A DNA stretch of 64,000 nt, taken from assembly GCA_036172245.1 (NCBI GenBank), contig JAYWIR010000010.1, positions 4,278,001 to 4,342,000 on the forward strand, read 5' to 3'. Source of the stretch: Raillietiella orientalis. Its lineage: Eukaryota. Positions 1-12,789 of the stretch are shown here, piece by piece. Within the stretch, counting starts at the first letter, position 1, and each line of letters starts with the position of its first letter. The position numbers were made by a program, and so were the translations under genes. The notes beneath the pieces are model-generated. The model saw only the letters and a list, made by a program, of their open reading frames with translations. It was not told where the DNA came from and searched no databases.

Positions 1-299
1 ACCCAGGCGAAGGGTTGCCAGCAAAAGTCAAGGGAATGCTGCTAGATGGCCTTCAAGAACCCGAGATTGTCCCCAAAAAGCATCTCCCGCTTTTAATACT
101 CTGGAATTTATTATGATTATTATTATTAAATAATTCAATGTTATTTAATCTTCAGATTCAATAGTACAAAAACAAAATGCAAACGGACAATGAATTCACG
201 TGAGATTAACGCCATGAAGCCACTGCTGCACGTGCGCGATACTCTTGCAGCGAGAGCGCCGCACTGCCGGTCTCATCGTTCTTAATTAAAAGAAAACGT

Positions 300-1766
300 T
301 AGACCACTGGAGGTCGCACGAGACCGCGAGGTATTACCACCACTCCCTCGTGATCAGGTAGATCGATATGATGAGGGTAAAGCTCACCCACAGGACGCGC
401 CAACAACTACACGTGGTACAGGATGAACAAGAGAAACCTTCTCCGAAGCCCTCCAGGAAGCCACCAATTGCTACAGGAATGACACTTTCAATTTGTTGGC
501 GATTGGAGCGACGCTTGGGAGAGTGAATCTGCTGCAGGACACGCCGGATAAATGCCCCAATGTTTTACCACGGAGGAATCCAAAGTGGGTCCAGACTGAA
601 ACACTTCACCGGCGAGCAAGACGATGAGGATGATTGCAGGGCATGTGGTGACGTGACACGAGACTTCACATCTTGACCTATCCCACAATGCACTAAGATT
701 GGCAATCCCTGAAAAGGATTATCGGGACTGCCGAACAGCTCGAAGATGGAAGTCCTGGCCGGGATGTTCCAGGGGAACGGAAACGTGCTCCGCTACAACC
801 AATGATCAGGACGACCATTGCTCTGTTCATCATCGCCATCCTCATACGATGGTGGAAGATGAGAACAGCCAGTGTAGCCTTATCTCCTTTGGAAATCCTG
901 AAAGGGATTAACCAAAAGGAGATTGGCATCCGGAACTGTGGACGAGGACACACTTGGACGTACCGTTACAGCCTGAAAAGTATTGAGGACACCGTCCAGG
1001 CACGCCCAACGCCCAGTCCCCCCTAGTGCAAAATCCAAGTGCAATGCCCCAAAGGAGTGAATCTCGAACTGAGAATCGGCAAATCTGTGCCCCTCTTTTG
1101 AGTGGACGTGTGTGTAGTATGAATGAAAATAAATCTACCCACCCCTCGGGGACTTCCCACACACTCCTCGGAAGAAGAAGACCTTCCCACACTTATTAGT
1201 AGACTGTTCTGCCCTTCGACCCCTTTGGAATCGTCTCTCGACGATCCTAGGAAAACCGAAGGGCGAATCCAGAGGCATTTTCCGACACCTCCTCCGGCGT
1301 ACCGATCTGCAACCAGCCGCGGTCCGTAGCGGTTCTCTGCTGCTGTGTCCGTGGAATCGTGACATGCTGGAACGCGACAAGGAGAGGGCGAAATGGCAGG
1401 GACGCCATCCACTGGACGAACATCTTTTTGAGGACCGCACCTGGGCAATGCAAGACAGCATTTGCAGCATCCTGAACGGGATGCAGAGGACGTTTCCAGG
1501 CAAACAGTGATTCCATCCCTCCCTCCCCTCCCTAAGAATCCTCCCCCCCTTTTTTTCTTCTCTTGTTTGTTTTTTGTGATTTTCCATCCCCCTCCGCCGA
1601 TGGAACGGACCTTACCGGTCTGCGTACCCGCTTTTGGCAAGTGATCCGCGCGTGGTAGAACCAAATGTTCTACCACGAATCTGTAATATAGATGATTTCT
1701 ATTATAAATTTTTATAATAAGTTTAATCGGAAAATCTGGGTGAAAAACCCCTCGAGGGACTGGGAA
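300..1766 (+). mobile_element. 3' fragment of Tx1/L1-clade LINE (lineage A relative): ORF2 C-terminal zinc-finger region and 3' UTR, interrupted by LINE-B copy B1
   Basis: Frameshifted MFYHGGIQSG..CRACGD..LHILT parallels LLMFYHRC..LHIYT at 6830-6960. Ends with AATAAA (1128-1133) and a hairpin CCCACCCCTCGAGGGACTGGG once 1155-1746 is removed. 5' boundary approximate. Confidence 0.65.
1155..1746 (+). mobile_element. 5'-truncated LINE-B copy (B1): C-terminal CCHC region and 3' UTR
   Basis: Encodes FPHLLVDCSALRPLWNRL, homologous to 31428-32135 and 51341-51682. Near-perfect TSD ACCCCTCG(A)GGGACT at 1141-1154 and 1747-1761. 3' hairpin at 1651-1677. Confidence 0.85.
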
Positions 1767-4700
1767 AATTATAGTAGCCTGTTTGAAGAGCGGACTTCCG
1801 TCCACGTCTTTTGCCAAATGGACAAGACGACAAGAGGTTTGTACCGATGAAACATATAGTGGACAAGCCACGTTGAAGTTAAGGATGTCCAAAGATACCA
1901 GGATACCTCGCACATGGTGCTATTAGACGAGCACACCACCAGTCTTCAGGTCACGTACCGGGAGCAATCCGACTTTTTGTCGGGGGTTTATGTTCTTTGG
2001 TCACCTCACGGCGGTCTGTCCAGCAGCAGGTGCAAGAAGTGCGGAAAGCCGGGTTACGCGACCGCCGAGTGCGTGTGCCTGGACCACCGCTACTTCTTCT
2101 GCAAGTCCGCGGATCACGAACGAAAGGACTGAGAGAAGTACGCAGGGTGGTCGGTCTTTCAAGAACTCCGGAGCTCCAAGGCTGCAAAGGATCAGGAGAA
2201 CGAGGCGACTTCTATGAGCCCTCTCACCGCCTCACCCTACCCGGCTGCAGCGCCCTCCTCCAGGAGGAAGACGCACAGCTCGGGAAAACCACGGAAGAAC
2301 ACGGTGGATGACAAGCAACCGCCCACCACCGTTTCCAGCCCAACAACCCGTGCGCACAGTAAAGAGGAAGGGGGGGAGGAGGAGGTAATGGAAACCGTCC
2401 CTGCAAAACAGACCGTTCTACCTTTCCCTCGCTCTTGGGGGCGATCGAGGAAATGAAACCGGAAAGCTCGTGAGCTCACCTCCAAAGACATGCTGGCGGA
2501 GCTGAAGGAACAGTCGATCCCCTCGCTGCCGAAGAACCAACTGGAGACCCAGGTCTACCCGGCGGTGCAGCTGGCCTTCGTCTCCTCCGAGCCGAAGCGC
2601 AAAGATTCGCGCGCTTCCACGGCCCAGCCGCAGGAGTCTCTGCCTGCGAAGGGAACATCTTCAGCTGCTTCCACATCGGAAAGCGAGGGAGGCGTCACGA
2701 TGGGCTGTTGCTCCACCTCCGAGGACGACGGATACCCCCAAGCGAAGTCGTCGACCAAACGGCCCACTGGCCACAAAGGACAGAAGAAATCAATCCTGGT
2801 GATCGCGCAGCAGTCCGAAAAGAAGAGGAAGGTGGCACCGGCCTCATCCTCCCACGCTCGCCACGAATCCATGGCGCAGTTCCTGTCGTCCGTGAGGAAG
2901 ATCGGAACATCCTGGAACATAAACGAGTGCACGAACTCGACGAGAGGAAGATCCATGAAGTGGCTCCTGAGTCAGGAGACTCACTTCCTGACTCCCAAAG
3001 TGCGAGACGAGCTCGAATGCGACCTTCAAGTGGACATCTACGTCGACCAAGGCACGACCAGCCGCAAGGGCGTATCCATACTTGTGAAGACTCTCTTGCA
3101 CCGACCGTCCTGGAGGTGTTCAGCGGATGAGCAGGTCACGTTCTAGATCTGAGGATGTCATGGTCCGGAAACGTCCACCTGTTCGTGGCTGAATGTCTAC
3201 GGACGACAGTTCGAGAAGAAAGCCTTCGCGGTCGCCCTCGTGGACCTGATCGAGACCAAGACCACACCCAAGGACGTCGTCGTGATCGCCGGCAACTTCA
3301 ACGTCCGTCTGGACGAGACTCGTCACGACGAGACCGGAGCACTGAGAGGGTTTACCGGCTCGTGGAGGAAGAATCTCGCCCCGACGTGCACGGGGACGAA
3401 CATGACGCGAATCGACCACATGCTGTGCCCCGAAGCTCTCACCAACCGTATCCAGGGGATCCGAGAACACCGGGATCTCGGACTACCCTCTGCTAAATTG
3501 GAGGAGAATGCTCTCACTGCCCCGGACAGCCCTCATCTGCCTGTTACTTTGCCGGAGGAGCGCCGGCCGTCGCCTTCCTTGCTCTTCCTGGGGTCCCCTA
3601 GGGCAGAAATGGGATCGCCCTCCCGTCGCCCTGGAAAGATGAGGTCTGCTCAAAGCGCTCCTGGTGATGACAGCATCCTCCAACCTCGTACCAGCGAGTC
3701 GTGGAGACCATCCTGAACGTGACCAACATCCTGCTCGTGGAGGACTGGGACACCTTCAAGCACACCATGCATCTCTTCTCTAAACTCCGATACGGTGACC
3801 GGGACCTCCGCGAGGAAGCCCACAGGGAGATCCACCAACTCCACCCTTCCCACTACTAGGAAGAGTACCGGATACTCTACCTCGACAGAAATGTCAAGAA
3901 AGACATCGAACGGCTGGAAAAAAGAAACCTGGCGACGAACATCTTTCACGTCCTTTATCAGGATAAGGACCGCAGAACCTTGGATGAAGTACCGGATGCC
4001 TTCCAGCACCACTACTCTGAGCTGTTCAGGATTAGGAATCTGGATATCGGGGGCCAGGAGCGGATTCTCCGCAACGCGAAGCAGCGCCTAGCCTCCCACG
4101 AACAACGAGAACTGGTGGAAGACTTCACCGCCGAAGAGGTCAAAACGGCGTTCAACGGACTGCGCAGAGACGTGGCAGCGGCTCTGTCACGCACTACCAG
4201 AGGTACCCGTCAGCCTATCTGAGCCTGTTCCGTCAATGCATTAACAAAGAAGGACGACTACCCGCCTCCTTCCACACAAGCAGGATGGGGTTGCTCCCCA
4301 AGAACGGCAGGGACCTTTTAACGTCAGTCAGTGGAGGCCCATCTCCGTCCTGAATTCAGGTGCAAAGTGGAAGTCGGAGATCTGGGCGAACCAACTGAAG
4401 AAGATGCCGAAGTCGATGGTTTCCCCCATGCAGAAGTGTGCCGTCCCAGGAAGACGCATGTGGGATAACCTGAAGTGCTCCCAGGCTTTTCTGGGATACA
4501 ATCGTATCCTAGGGAACGAACGACCTGGTTCACCGACATCGAGAAGGTCTTCGACTCGGTGCGGCACGTCGTGCTGCTGAAGATCCTGAGGGAGCTAGAC
4601 TTCCAGAGGAGATTCATGTAGTACATGGCCCACTCTGGAGGAGGCCAACTTGACGATCAGCGTAAACTGGTTCACGCCGCGGGACATCAAGATGGGAAGC

Positions 4701-7416
4701 GGAGTTCGGCAGGGAGACGCCCTGAGCCTCTTGCTCTTCGTGATATACATGGAGGCGGTGAGTGCCTTCGTGAAGAGCGAGAGTCGTCTCGAGGGCGTCA
4801 CCTTGGGACAAGAAAAAAACATCACGCACCTGGCATACACCGACGACCTGCTCTTCGTCATATAGGACCAGCGGGATCAGGAGGAGTTGTTGGACATCGT
4901 GCAGGCCATGGAATGCGGCCTCGGACTTGAGGTGAATCCCAGCAAGCCCCATCTGCTCGCCGTGGGCATACCGGACGTCACCGTCCTCCACGCCCACGGC
5001 TTCCACATCGCGGACAGGGTCAAGTAGCCTAGGATACAAATCGGTGACAAAACACCAGCCATGGAATTTCGGCAATGGTCGACCATCCTGGCCAAGCTGC
5101 GCGGAGAAACCAGCCAGTACGTCGGAGTCTTCTCGCAGAAGGACAAGGCCAATCTCTGGAACGGGGTGATGGCACCGAAGTTCCTTTTCGCCGTGCCCCT
5201 CCTCTTGATTCCCCAAAGGGCGGAAAAAGAGTTGGCCGATATCCAGAAGAACCTGGTCTCGAGCGGCAAAAGACCGAAGGCGAACTTGTCTCTTCCGCGG
5301 ACGGAAGGAGGTACCGGCATGCGCGACATCGCCACTGCCGTGAAGCTTCAGGACCTGAAACATCAGGTCCGAATCGTGAGCTCATGGGATGACTGCCATT
5401 TGTGTTTCACTGCGTCTGAGCAAGGCTGGAGTACAGAACTGACGATCTCCTGCCAGCCATGGCTCTCCAAGAGGGAGACTGCAAGACTGTGAACCCGACT
5501 TGGCCGAGAATCCAGTGTCTCCTGTGGACCATGAAACTGAAGATCGTCCCTAGAAGCAAAGAGTTCTGGGACAAGGAACCGACCAAGATGATCCCGCTGC
5601 TCATCAGCGTCCCTTGGGATACGGTAACCTGGTTCAACAAGAACAAGAAAGTGAAGTTTGATTCTCACGCGGGTGCATCGGGGCGTTTATTTCATGAACA
5701 TATTATGAGAACTGTGGTTGGACCAACCGGTCCAACCACGCACAATTTATTGGAGACCTGCCGGGTCACCGGTTCGCAGACCGACGCGGTCCACCACAGT
5801 AGCAGAGGGAAGGGGACAAACAAAAAGAAAAAAAAAGAAACCAAAAATAAAAATAAATACACTTTGGGGGTGCGGGAAGGGATCACTATCTGCTGGTCGC
5901 AGTCCGGTCCATCCTCTGTAGGATGTCGACAAGGTCTTGCTGCATGTTATTTTCCAGGTAGGGCCATCTCGCTGCTATCCTGATGAATTGGATGTGCGTC
6001 CGAAGTGAATGGCATCCCTATCGCTGGATCCTTCCGTTGCTTTGCTTCAAGTAGCGACGATTCTGCATAGGCAGCAAAGGGCTGCCAGCGAGGCCGCTGG
6101 CCGGAGGGCGTCGCGAAACGAACGAAGAGAGATTTGATAGCGTCCCTGGAGTTGCCTCTGGGGACTGCCAGGGCCGCGGCAAAGCGTTCCCAGAGGGGAG
6201 CAGGGCAACACAGTCCACTAACAGGTGGGGGAAGGGTTCATGCATCCCGTACCTGACGCAGTTCGGGTCCACACATACCCACGTCCAGTGATGATAGCGG
6301 TTGTTTCACGGGAGTCCCCAGTGCAGCACCAACACCTGCCACTTCAGGAGGGTGCGAATGCCCATGAGCACCGGTTGCCACTTCAGATGTTCCAACGGAA
6401 CATCCAATAGCTCGCTCCAGCTCTTGGAGTGGTGTACTCGGGGTCACAGCGTCGGTGAGCTGGCCTGTCTTCCACTTGCCCAGTCTTTTCTCCCTTCCGG
6501 AGATCACTTTCTACTTTCTATCTTTATATCTAAGTTTGAGGAATGCGAGCGACTGTCGAACAGCATGGTTATCCACGCGCGGCAGATCCTCGCATACAAA
6601 AGATCTTTGGAGGGAAGGATAACCCAAAGGACCCGAGAGCTTTGGAAGGAGGAAGGCTCGCAGTGGTCCTGCATGAGCCCCCAAATGAACAACCTAAACA
6701 TTCCTGAAGACGTCGCATCATCCCAAATGATGAGAAAGATGAGGGGCAGGCCCGGCAAACCCGTCCTCGACCCACAGGAGATCGGGACGGTCCTGTGGAG
6801 ATCCTCTTTGTCGCCGGACATTCAGGATCGCCTCCTGATGTTTTATCACAGATGTATCCTGCGCGGCATGAGGTCCCAACATCGGACCGGGAACTCAACG
6901 ATGATCAATGTCCAGAGTCTAGTGTCCGACGGAGGACGGGCTGCACATCTACACCTCCCGAACCCTCGTCCAGGATTGGGGATTGGTGAGGCAGGCAATC
7001 GAGATGGAAGGCATGCCGACGCTGGAGATCTTGCGAGGACTCTTCGAAGGTGACTGAAGACTGCGTGCCCGCTGCAGCCCAACCGTGAGGGTGATCGCTT
7101 CTTCCTGGGGAGCATCCTCACCAGAAGAACGAAGTCGAGGAAAGGATACGCGTGCAACGCATGGGAGATTTTGCGAGAACTTTGAAAAAGAGAAGCCAGC
7201 GTTCGTGCGTGAGGAAGACTGCTACCTTGGACCCTCCCGCACTTCTTCCGAATTCTGAAGGGTGCGGAAAGGACAGTGTAGTGCTATACCCGCGCAGGCC
7301 GCAGCGTTTGAAAGCGGCCCAATGAAAGTGATTGCGTGTTTTCTTGTGTGAGTGTGTCCTTAGTGTGGATGAGTGATTGATCAATAAATTCACTCTACCG
7401 CAAGTCGGGCTGGGGA
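1767..7416 (+). mobile_element. Degenerate near-full-length Tx1/L1-clade LINE (lineage A): ORF1 zinc knuckles, AP endonuclease, RT, C-terminal domain
   Basis: ORF1 knuckles CRG..FGHLTAVC, CKKCGKPGYATAEC, FFCKSADHERKD (~1978-2132). Endonuclease motifs SWNINE, SQETH, GVSIL, AGNFN, RIDH (2900-3430). RT motifs WRPISVLN, AVPGR, DIEKVFD, GVRQGDALSLLLF, YTDD (4836-4847), PRTEGGTG. AATAAA at 7383-7388. Many stops and frameshifts. Confidence 0.95.
5662..6531 (-). mobile_element. 5'-truncated LINE-B copy (B2) nested in LINE-A ORF2
   Basis: Perfect 8-bp TSD AAGTTTGA at 5654-5661 and 6532-6539. Encodes CVRYG.HEPFPHLLVDC. Family 3' terminus at 5662-5692. Confidence 0.92.
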
Positions 7417-9802
7417 GGGAGCGGTCTGCAAACTGCAATGAAAAATACTCAAACGAGTTGGAGCTGCCCTACGGCAATCTCAATTTAAATGCTAAAATAT
7501 TTCACTAAGAAAATGAGGTCGTCTTCCTCGGCAATTTTTAGCAACAGTGCGATGATTTCTTCATGGGGCTCCACATCCGCCAAGATGGAAACAGGTGAAT
7601 AGACACATCCATCCAATTCTATTTCAGGCTGTCTACAACATCCACAATTGAAAATCTTCTCTGCATCCATGAGAAACCCGTGAGCTTCGGTGGCGATTTC
7701 AAAACCGCGTGGATTCCCGCTCGGAGGGATCGAATGTTTTTAGCCGCTAGATGGGGCTCTTCCCCAAACGGGAAGCGAACGGGAAGCGCAGACCTAGCGG
7801 GGAAACCCTAAATTGTCAACCCTGCCCAGGCGGGAGTGTTTCGTCGCAGCCGCGCTCACGAAACCCCATCCACCTCCCCTCCTCGTCAGAAAGGGTGGTG
7901 GTAGTGGTGGTGCATCGGCTGGCTGGAAGCACGGCGGCGCTGACCGACACCCGAGTGGCTTTCCCACCGCGCGCCTCCTCGCGTTGGAGATCGCCTGCAG
8001 GCAGGCTGTGCGCGCGCCTCCCCCTACTGCAGGTCGAGACCCTAGTCGGAAGGGCAGGGAGGGACGAGGAGGTCACTCTACCTTGCCGGCTTCTCTCCTG
8101 TCGGTAGGGTCGACAGATTGGGATGCCCTCCGTTGGGCGGCGCGCCCTCCGCACCGCGCTGGGGCTTCGCGGGCACCGGAAGGGCAACGTCGCGGCTCTC
8201 CAGGTCTACCGGAAGGGCGGAGGAGTGGGGAGGTAAGGGAAGGGCGAACTCTGCCGGTCGACAAAACATCCTTACCCTGTGCTGCTTCCTTTCCGTCCAT
8301 ATCCCCCACCCCCCCCTAGCGCCTCCTGCCTACTCCGACCTTCACGACGGAGTGCGCACTCTCCCTTTCCTGCGCAAGCGCCTCAGATGAGGCGAGTGAG
8401 GAACGCGGACGCTCGGCAATGGACATCGGTCCGCCCCGCCTCCTGACCGACCTGCTTGTTTGCTGACCCTCCCTTCCCACCCGCCACCCCTTTCGTCATG
8501 TCGCCCCCGGCGGTGAGACCCATTCGCTGGATGTCCGACCCTCTCTTTCGCCGAAGCCTTGCCCCTATTTATTTCAAACAAACGGACTGGCACATTGCCG
8601 GGGCGAGGAGGTCACCCCTGGTCGTTTATTAGGATCTGCAAGCTCAAGCGTGTGAGCAGGCAGCTCCGACCAGAGCCTTGGGGGTCCCGGGAAGGAGCGG
8701 GGGATGGCGACCCGCAGGTCGAAGGAGGCGAGGACCGGAATGGCTAGAGGGAAGGGGAGAGAAATCGTTGTGCATAAATAAATGAGGTAAACAGATGGGG
8801 TGAGGGGAAAGAGGTCGCTGCTGCTGTCCGTTGGCGATCCTGGAGACGCGTGTCGCGTCGTGAAAGTCCTCCTGGCCGCTCAGCGTGCGGATCGATGGCT
8901 GCTGCCGGTGGCCGCTGGGGCAGAGTCGTCACGCGGCGACGCGACAACAGGTGGAGGGAACTCCGCTTCGTGTGAAGAAGCGCAGACGCTGCCCGATTTC
9001 CCCGGTAAGGCTGCCCCACTAGACGTTGCCGACCTGAGCTTGGAGGGCCTCATGATCCGGCACCAGAGATGCGCGTGGAGGATCCTGCTTCTGGGGACTG
9101 CCTTTGAAATTATGGCATCTGCCCCATCCTCCGCCCCGGCCCCCTTCCTCGTACGGAGATCGTGCGCTTGCTGCACGAGGGAGAACTGCGGAGCGGCAAG
9201 AGAGCCGCCGCCTGTGCTGCAGACTGGCGGCGAGAACGGAACTGCTCGTGCATTCAAGGGAGACCGGCAGAGTCCGCACGAGGAAACTCGTGCTTTGCGT
9301 TGCCTTGGCCGCCAGGGGCTGTCGTGGCGGTCGACGGCTGGACCGGTCTACCTGCCGCCCCAGAGTCCCACCGCTCCCACGAAGGAGAGCAGGAAGAAGT
9401 CCGTCCCACCTTGCCAGCTGGCAGCTGCCGTTCCCTCCCCCCACGTGAACCAGAAAAGCGTGGGATGACGTTCGGTTAGGTCAGGCCCTGGCTAAACCCC
9501 GCCGTTTTCAAGTCCGGGAGATCCACGCGAGTTCTCCATGTGGAAGGCGAGGCGTTCCCCCCTCCCGCCACCCAAGTCCTCTGATGACCCGCACCAGCAG
9601 GAAACCGTAGTTAGCCTCGGGATGCTGGCCAAGTTTTCCACCCTTCTAGGAAACCGCGGATCCTCCACGATCGCGTAAACCCACTTCTACTCATTTATTT
9701 ATTTTTTCCCTTCTCACACGTCTGCATTTCACTCGCGGGGGTTCCCGAGGGAGCAGTGGATCGACACTTCCTCTGGTCGGAAGGCGCTCCCTTTCTTTTC
9801 TT

Positions 9803-9840
9803 TATATATATTTATATATATATATATATTTATGTATGTA
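9803..9840. repeat. (AT)n microsatellite
   Basis: Interrupted TATATA run. Confidence 0.9.
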
Positions 9841-12289
9841 AGGAAGTTTTACCCGCACGTGTGAAAATAAGGGAGACGGGAGCACCCGGAATGCCGCGTG
9901 CCTCCCTGCTGCGCCGGTTCGGAAACGCGGTCTCCGCCTCCCCGCCATTTGGGGCTGTTCGACACTTGCGCGGCAGCCTCGTGGGGTCAGAACCCCGTAA
10001 AAAGCACGCACGCACTTCCCTGGAGCAGTGGCGTCGCTTCCGTACCTGGTCTGCCGGGCGCGTGGGGCAAAAGCGGGCGGCAGCAGCCTGGGGGCGCCTC
10101 CCCCATCGCCGGCACCGGAACGGCAGGCAGGCACTCTGGGGTCGCGCCGTGCATCTCCGCCAGCCGGCATTCACGCAGCGTGGGGAGGACCGACTCGGGG
10201 AAGCCGAACGAACGAATTCCTCCTCTTCCTCGTGAGAGGGTCCAAGGCACGCTCCACGTTGCTATGCCACGCTCACGTTGGCGCCGGCCAAGCTCGATGA
10301 ATCTTGCGTTTTCGACGTGGACACGATTGTTGAACCGTTCGCCAATCGCGAAGCTTGTTATTTTTAGCACAACAATGGCGAGATTTGATTTTCTAAACGC
10401 AGAGTGTACAGGGGTGATAAGTAGGAAAAGTGTATAAAGTTTCGCTCTGTACATTCGTCTGAATACATTAAAGTAGTAGATATATTAGTAGATATATGAA
10501 TTGATCTCATTCGACGGAAAAAAAGCAGTTATTCGTTCATGTAGCGCAGCATAACCGCGTAAAATTTATCAATTGCTATTTGATTAATATATTTACACCG
10601 CACCTGGGATTTTATGTAACATTTGTAAATCGTTCCCTCAGGAGGAGAACTTGGGATCACTTGGGAACGTGGGATGTGCTTTTATTTACAAATACCATAA
10701 ATGCATAAGCATACACGCATAATATTCTGTATTACAGTCATGTACATGGTAAGCACAATGAAACATAATTTATAAAAAGTATTGAAAACAAGGTCAAGGA
10801 GTGCCAGTAATTTGACCTGAGGCTCTGTATTCTCATCGCATAGTGCAAGGTAAGAATCGTAGCACTTTCTGGAGAAAATGATTGCAAATCCTCCTTTAAT
10901 TTGGTAATTAGGACTTGCCTTTTAGTTTTCTTTCATATTTATATATATATATATAAACGAATTATTTTTATTGCAGCCTCAAGGAAGAGCTTCTTGATGA
11001 ATGTACTTCTGATATGTAACGGATGAAATTTAGGATTCATACACTGGCTTCGGCAGCAGCTGTTTCCACGCCGAATTTTTCTCTGGCTTTGATGACATGG
11101 TGTGTATTGATTTTAAGAGGAGTTGCAGCGTGGTAAGAGTGGCGTTTGAATCCGGAGGCCGTGGCGGATGCCTCAGAACGATTATTTATTGGATTACAGG
11201 GATACCTGAGAAAACCTTTCTCTGAGACGCGAACATCCTTGAATCTCTGAGGCATCAAGAAGGAAGGAACATTCCGGGGCAATAAATTTCAACAAATTGC
11301 TTGTCGGCTGCAATCGGCAGAGGACGAGGCGGAATCAACCAGAACGGAAAGGGAACGCGAAAGCAGAGCTCCGGAGGAGAGGAGCTCAGCGGCACGTTTC
11401 TCGCGTGCGAACCGCGTGCTCCGAGGCTGCGGAGGGCACACCTTCGGTTGGGACGAGCAGTCACGCTCCAGCTCAGCCTCCCCCCCCCCTTTCCGATTCC
11501 GACGTGGGGGGAGTGAGGCTCTTTGAAACAGAGCACGTCGAAGATTTGTCAGCGGGTCATTTGTGCGTTCAGCCCGTTTCCCTGCTCTCCACATCCCGTC
11601 CCTGGAGTTTCTTCCGAGATCCGGGGGGAAGCGGCTCACGGAAGGTGCACCTTGCGGCACGTGCGTGCACCGAGCGTGCGCAACTAGTTGCAGCCGGAAG
11701 TCTTTCGGAGGCTTCCATATTGGAGGGAGACCCTCGAATGGAAGAACGCAAGATGGAGACTGGAGGAGATGATGCAACTGCCTTCCCAGACCACGGCAAG
11801 CTGGTGCCTCTGACCCTTTTGCTTTTCAACAGATGCACTGTTGTGATATTCATCGGCAGTAATAAGAAAAAGAAATCCACGAGCACGTCTCCGCCATCTG
11901 GGGGGGGGGGGGGGGAAGGGAATAAGGAAGCTAGGAAGACGCCAATTTTTTGAATTACAGGATGCCGTCCGTGCCCCCGCCAGCTGCGGAGGAGACGACG
12001 GCCTCAACGAATCGCACAGGCGGGGGCGCGTTCGCAGCTCCAAGGACCACCGTTCGCGTCCTTTGGCTTGCGGGAACCGTCTTCAACGCTCTTCACCGCA
12101 CTGACCCGGGGGAGTCCTTCCTGTTTTGACAGTCTTCTCGGACATTTTCGTCCGTCGACAGGTTCCCGAACATTCTTAGGGCTCCGGCGCAAACTGGCAC
12201 CCACGATGGATTCACGGTAGTGGACCGGTAGTGTCAGTCTCACAAGAGGCGGCCGCTTCGAAAGTGGCACAGCTAGGAAGGTGACACCG

Positions 12290-12740
12290 ATCCCCCTTCA
12301 GCACTGCAATGAAGCAGATCGATCGACCCTCGAGGGTTGTCTCTTCAGAGAGTGTAAAGAAATGCGCTGTTCCCTTCGGGGAGCTCCTTCAGGGAAATGG
12401 GGGAGCATCCCTTCGGGGTTCTCTTCAGAGGAGCAACGAAGAGCGGATGCTTTCCGAAGGGTCCTGGGAAGAAGAAACGAGGAGTGGACCCCTCTAAAGA
12501 GAACAAGGAAGAGGTTCCTTCTGGGGTTACTCCTGCCGAGCGTAAGAGGAACACGGATTCCTTCCAGAGCCCTTCCTGGATTCGTGGAGTTGTCCTTCCG
12601 GGGTTGCCCCCTAACTCGAAGAGTCAACACGCACCCTTGGGTGGCATGGGCAGGGTTTACAAGAGCTTTGCGCTTTCCTCCCGAGGAGGCGAACGGCTCT
12701 TCAGCACTTGGCGAACCACGAAAGAAAGAAAAAACACCTG
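12290..12740 (+). mobile_element. Headless copy of the tRNA-headed hairpin-array element
   Basis: Colinear with the reverse complement of 21.0-21.6, 37.9-38.5 and 52.3-52.9 kb (CCCTTCGGGGTTCTCTTCAGAGGAG; CCTTCCTGGATTC; GCACTTGGCGAACC followed by an A-rich run). Confidence 0.85.
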
Positions 12741-12789
12741 GGTAGATGGTACTTGAGATTTCTGGAGCGCTTTTTATCGATAGGAAAGG

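Noticed and set aside
5975..6020. Hammerhead-like CTGATGA
   Set aside because: No GAAA after the stem; it is the antisense of LINE-B coding sequence.
9575..9625. Hammerhead ribozyme core (CTGATGA..GAAAC)
   Set aside because: Stem II pairs poorly and no stem I partner or valid cleavage triplet was found.
10700..11300. Small spliced host gene (GTAAG donors, ttgcag/ttacag acceptors, AATAAA)
   Set aside because: No recognisable peptide in any splice phase tried; needs RNA evidence.
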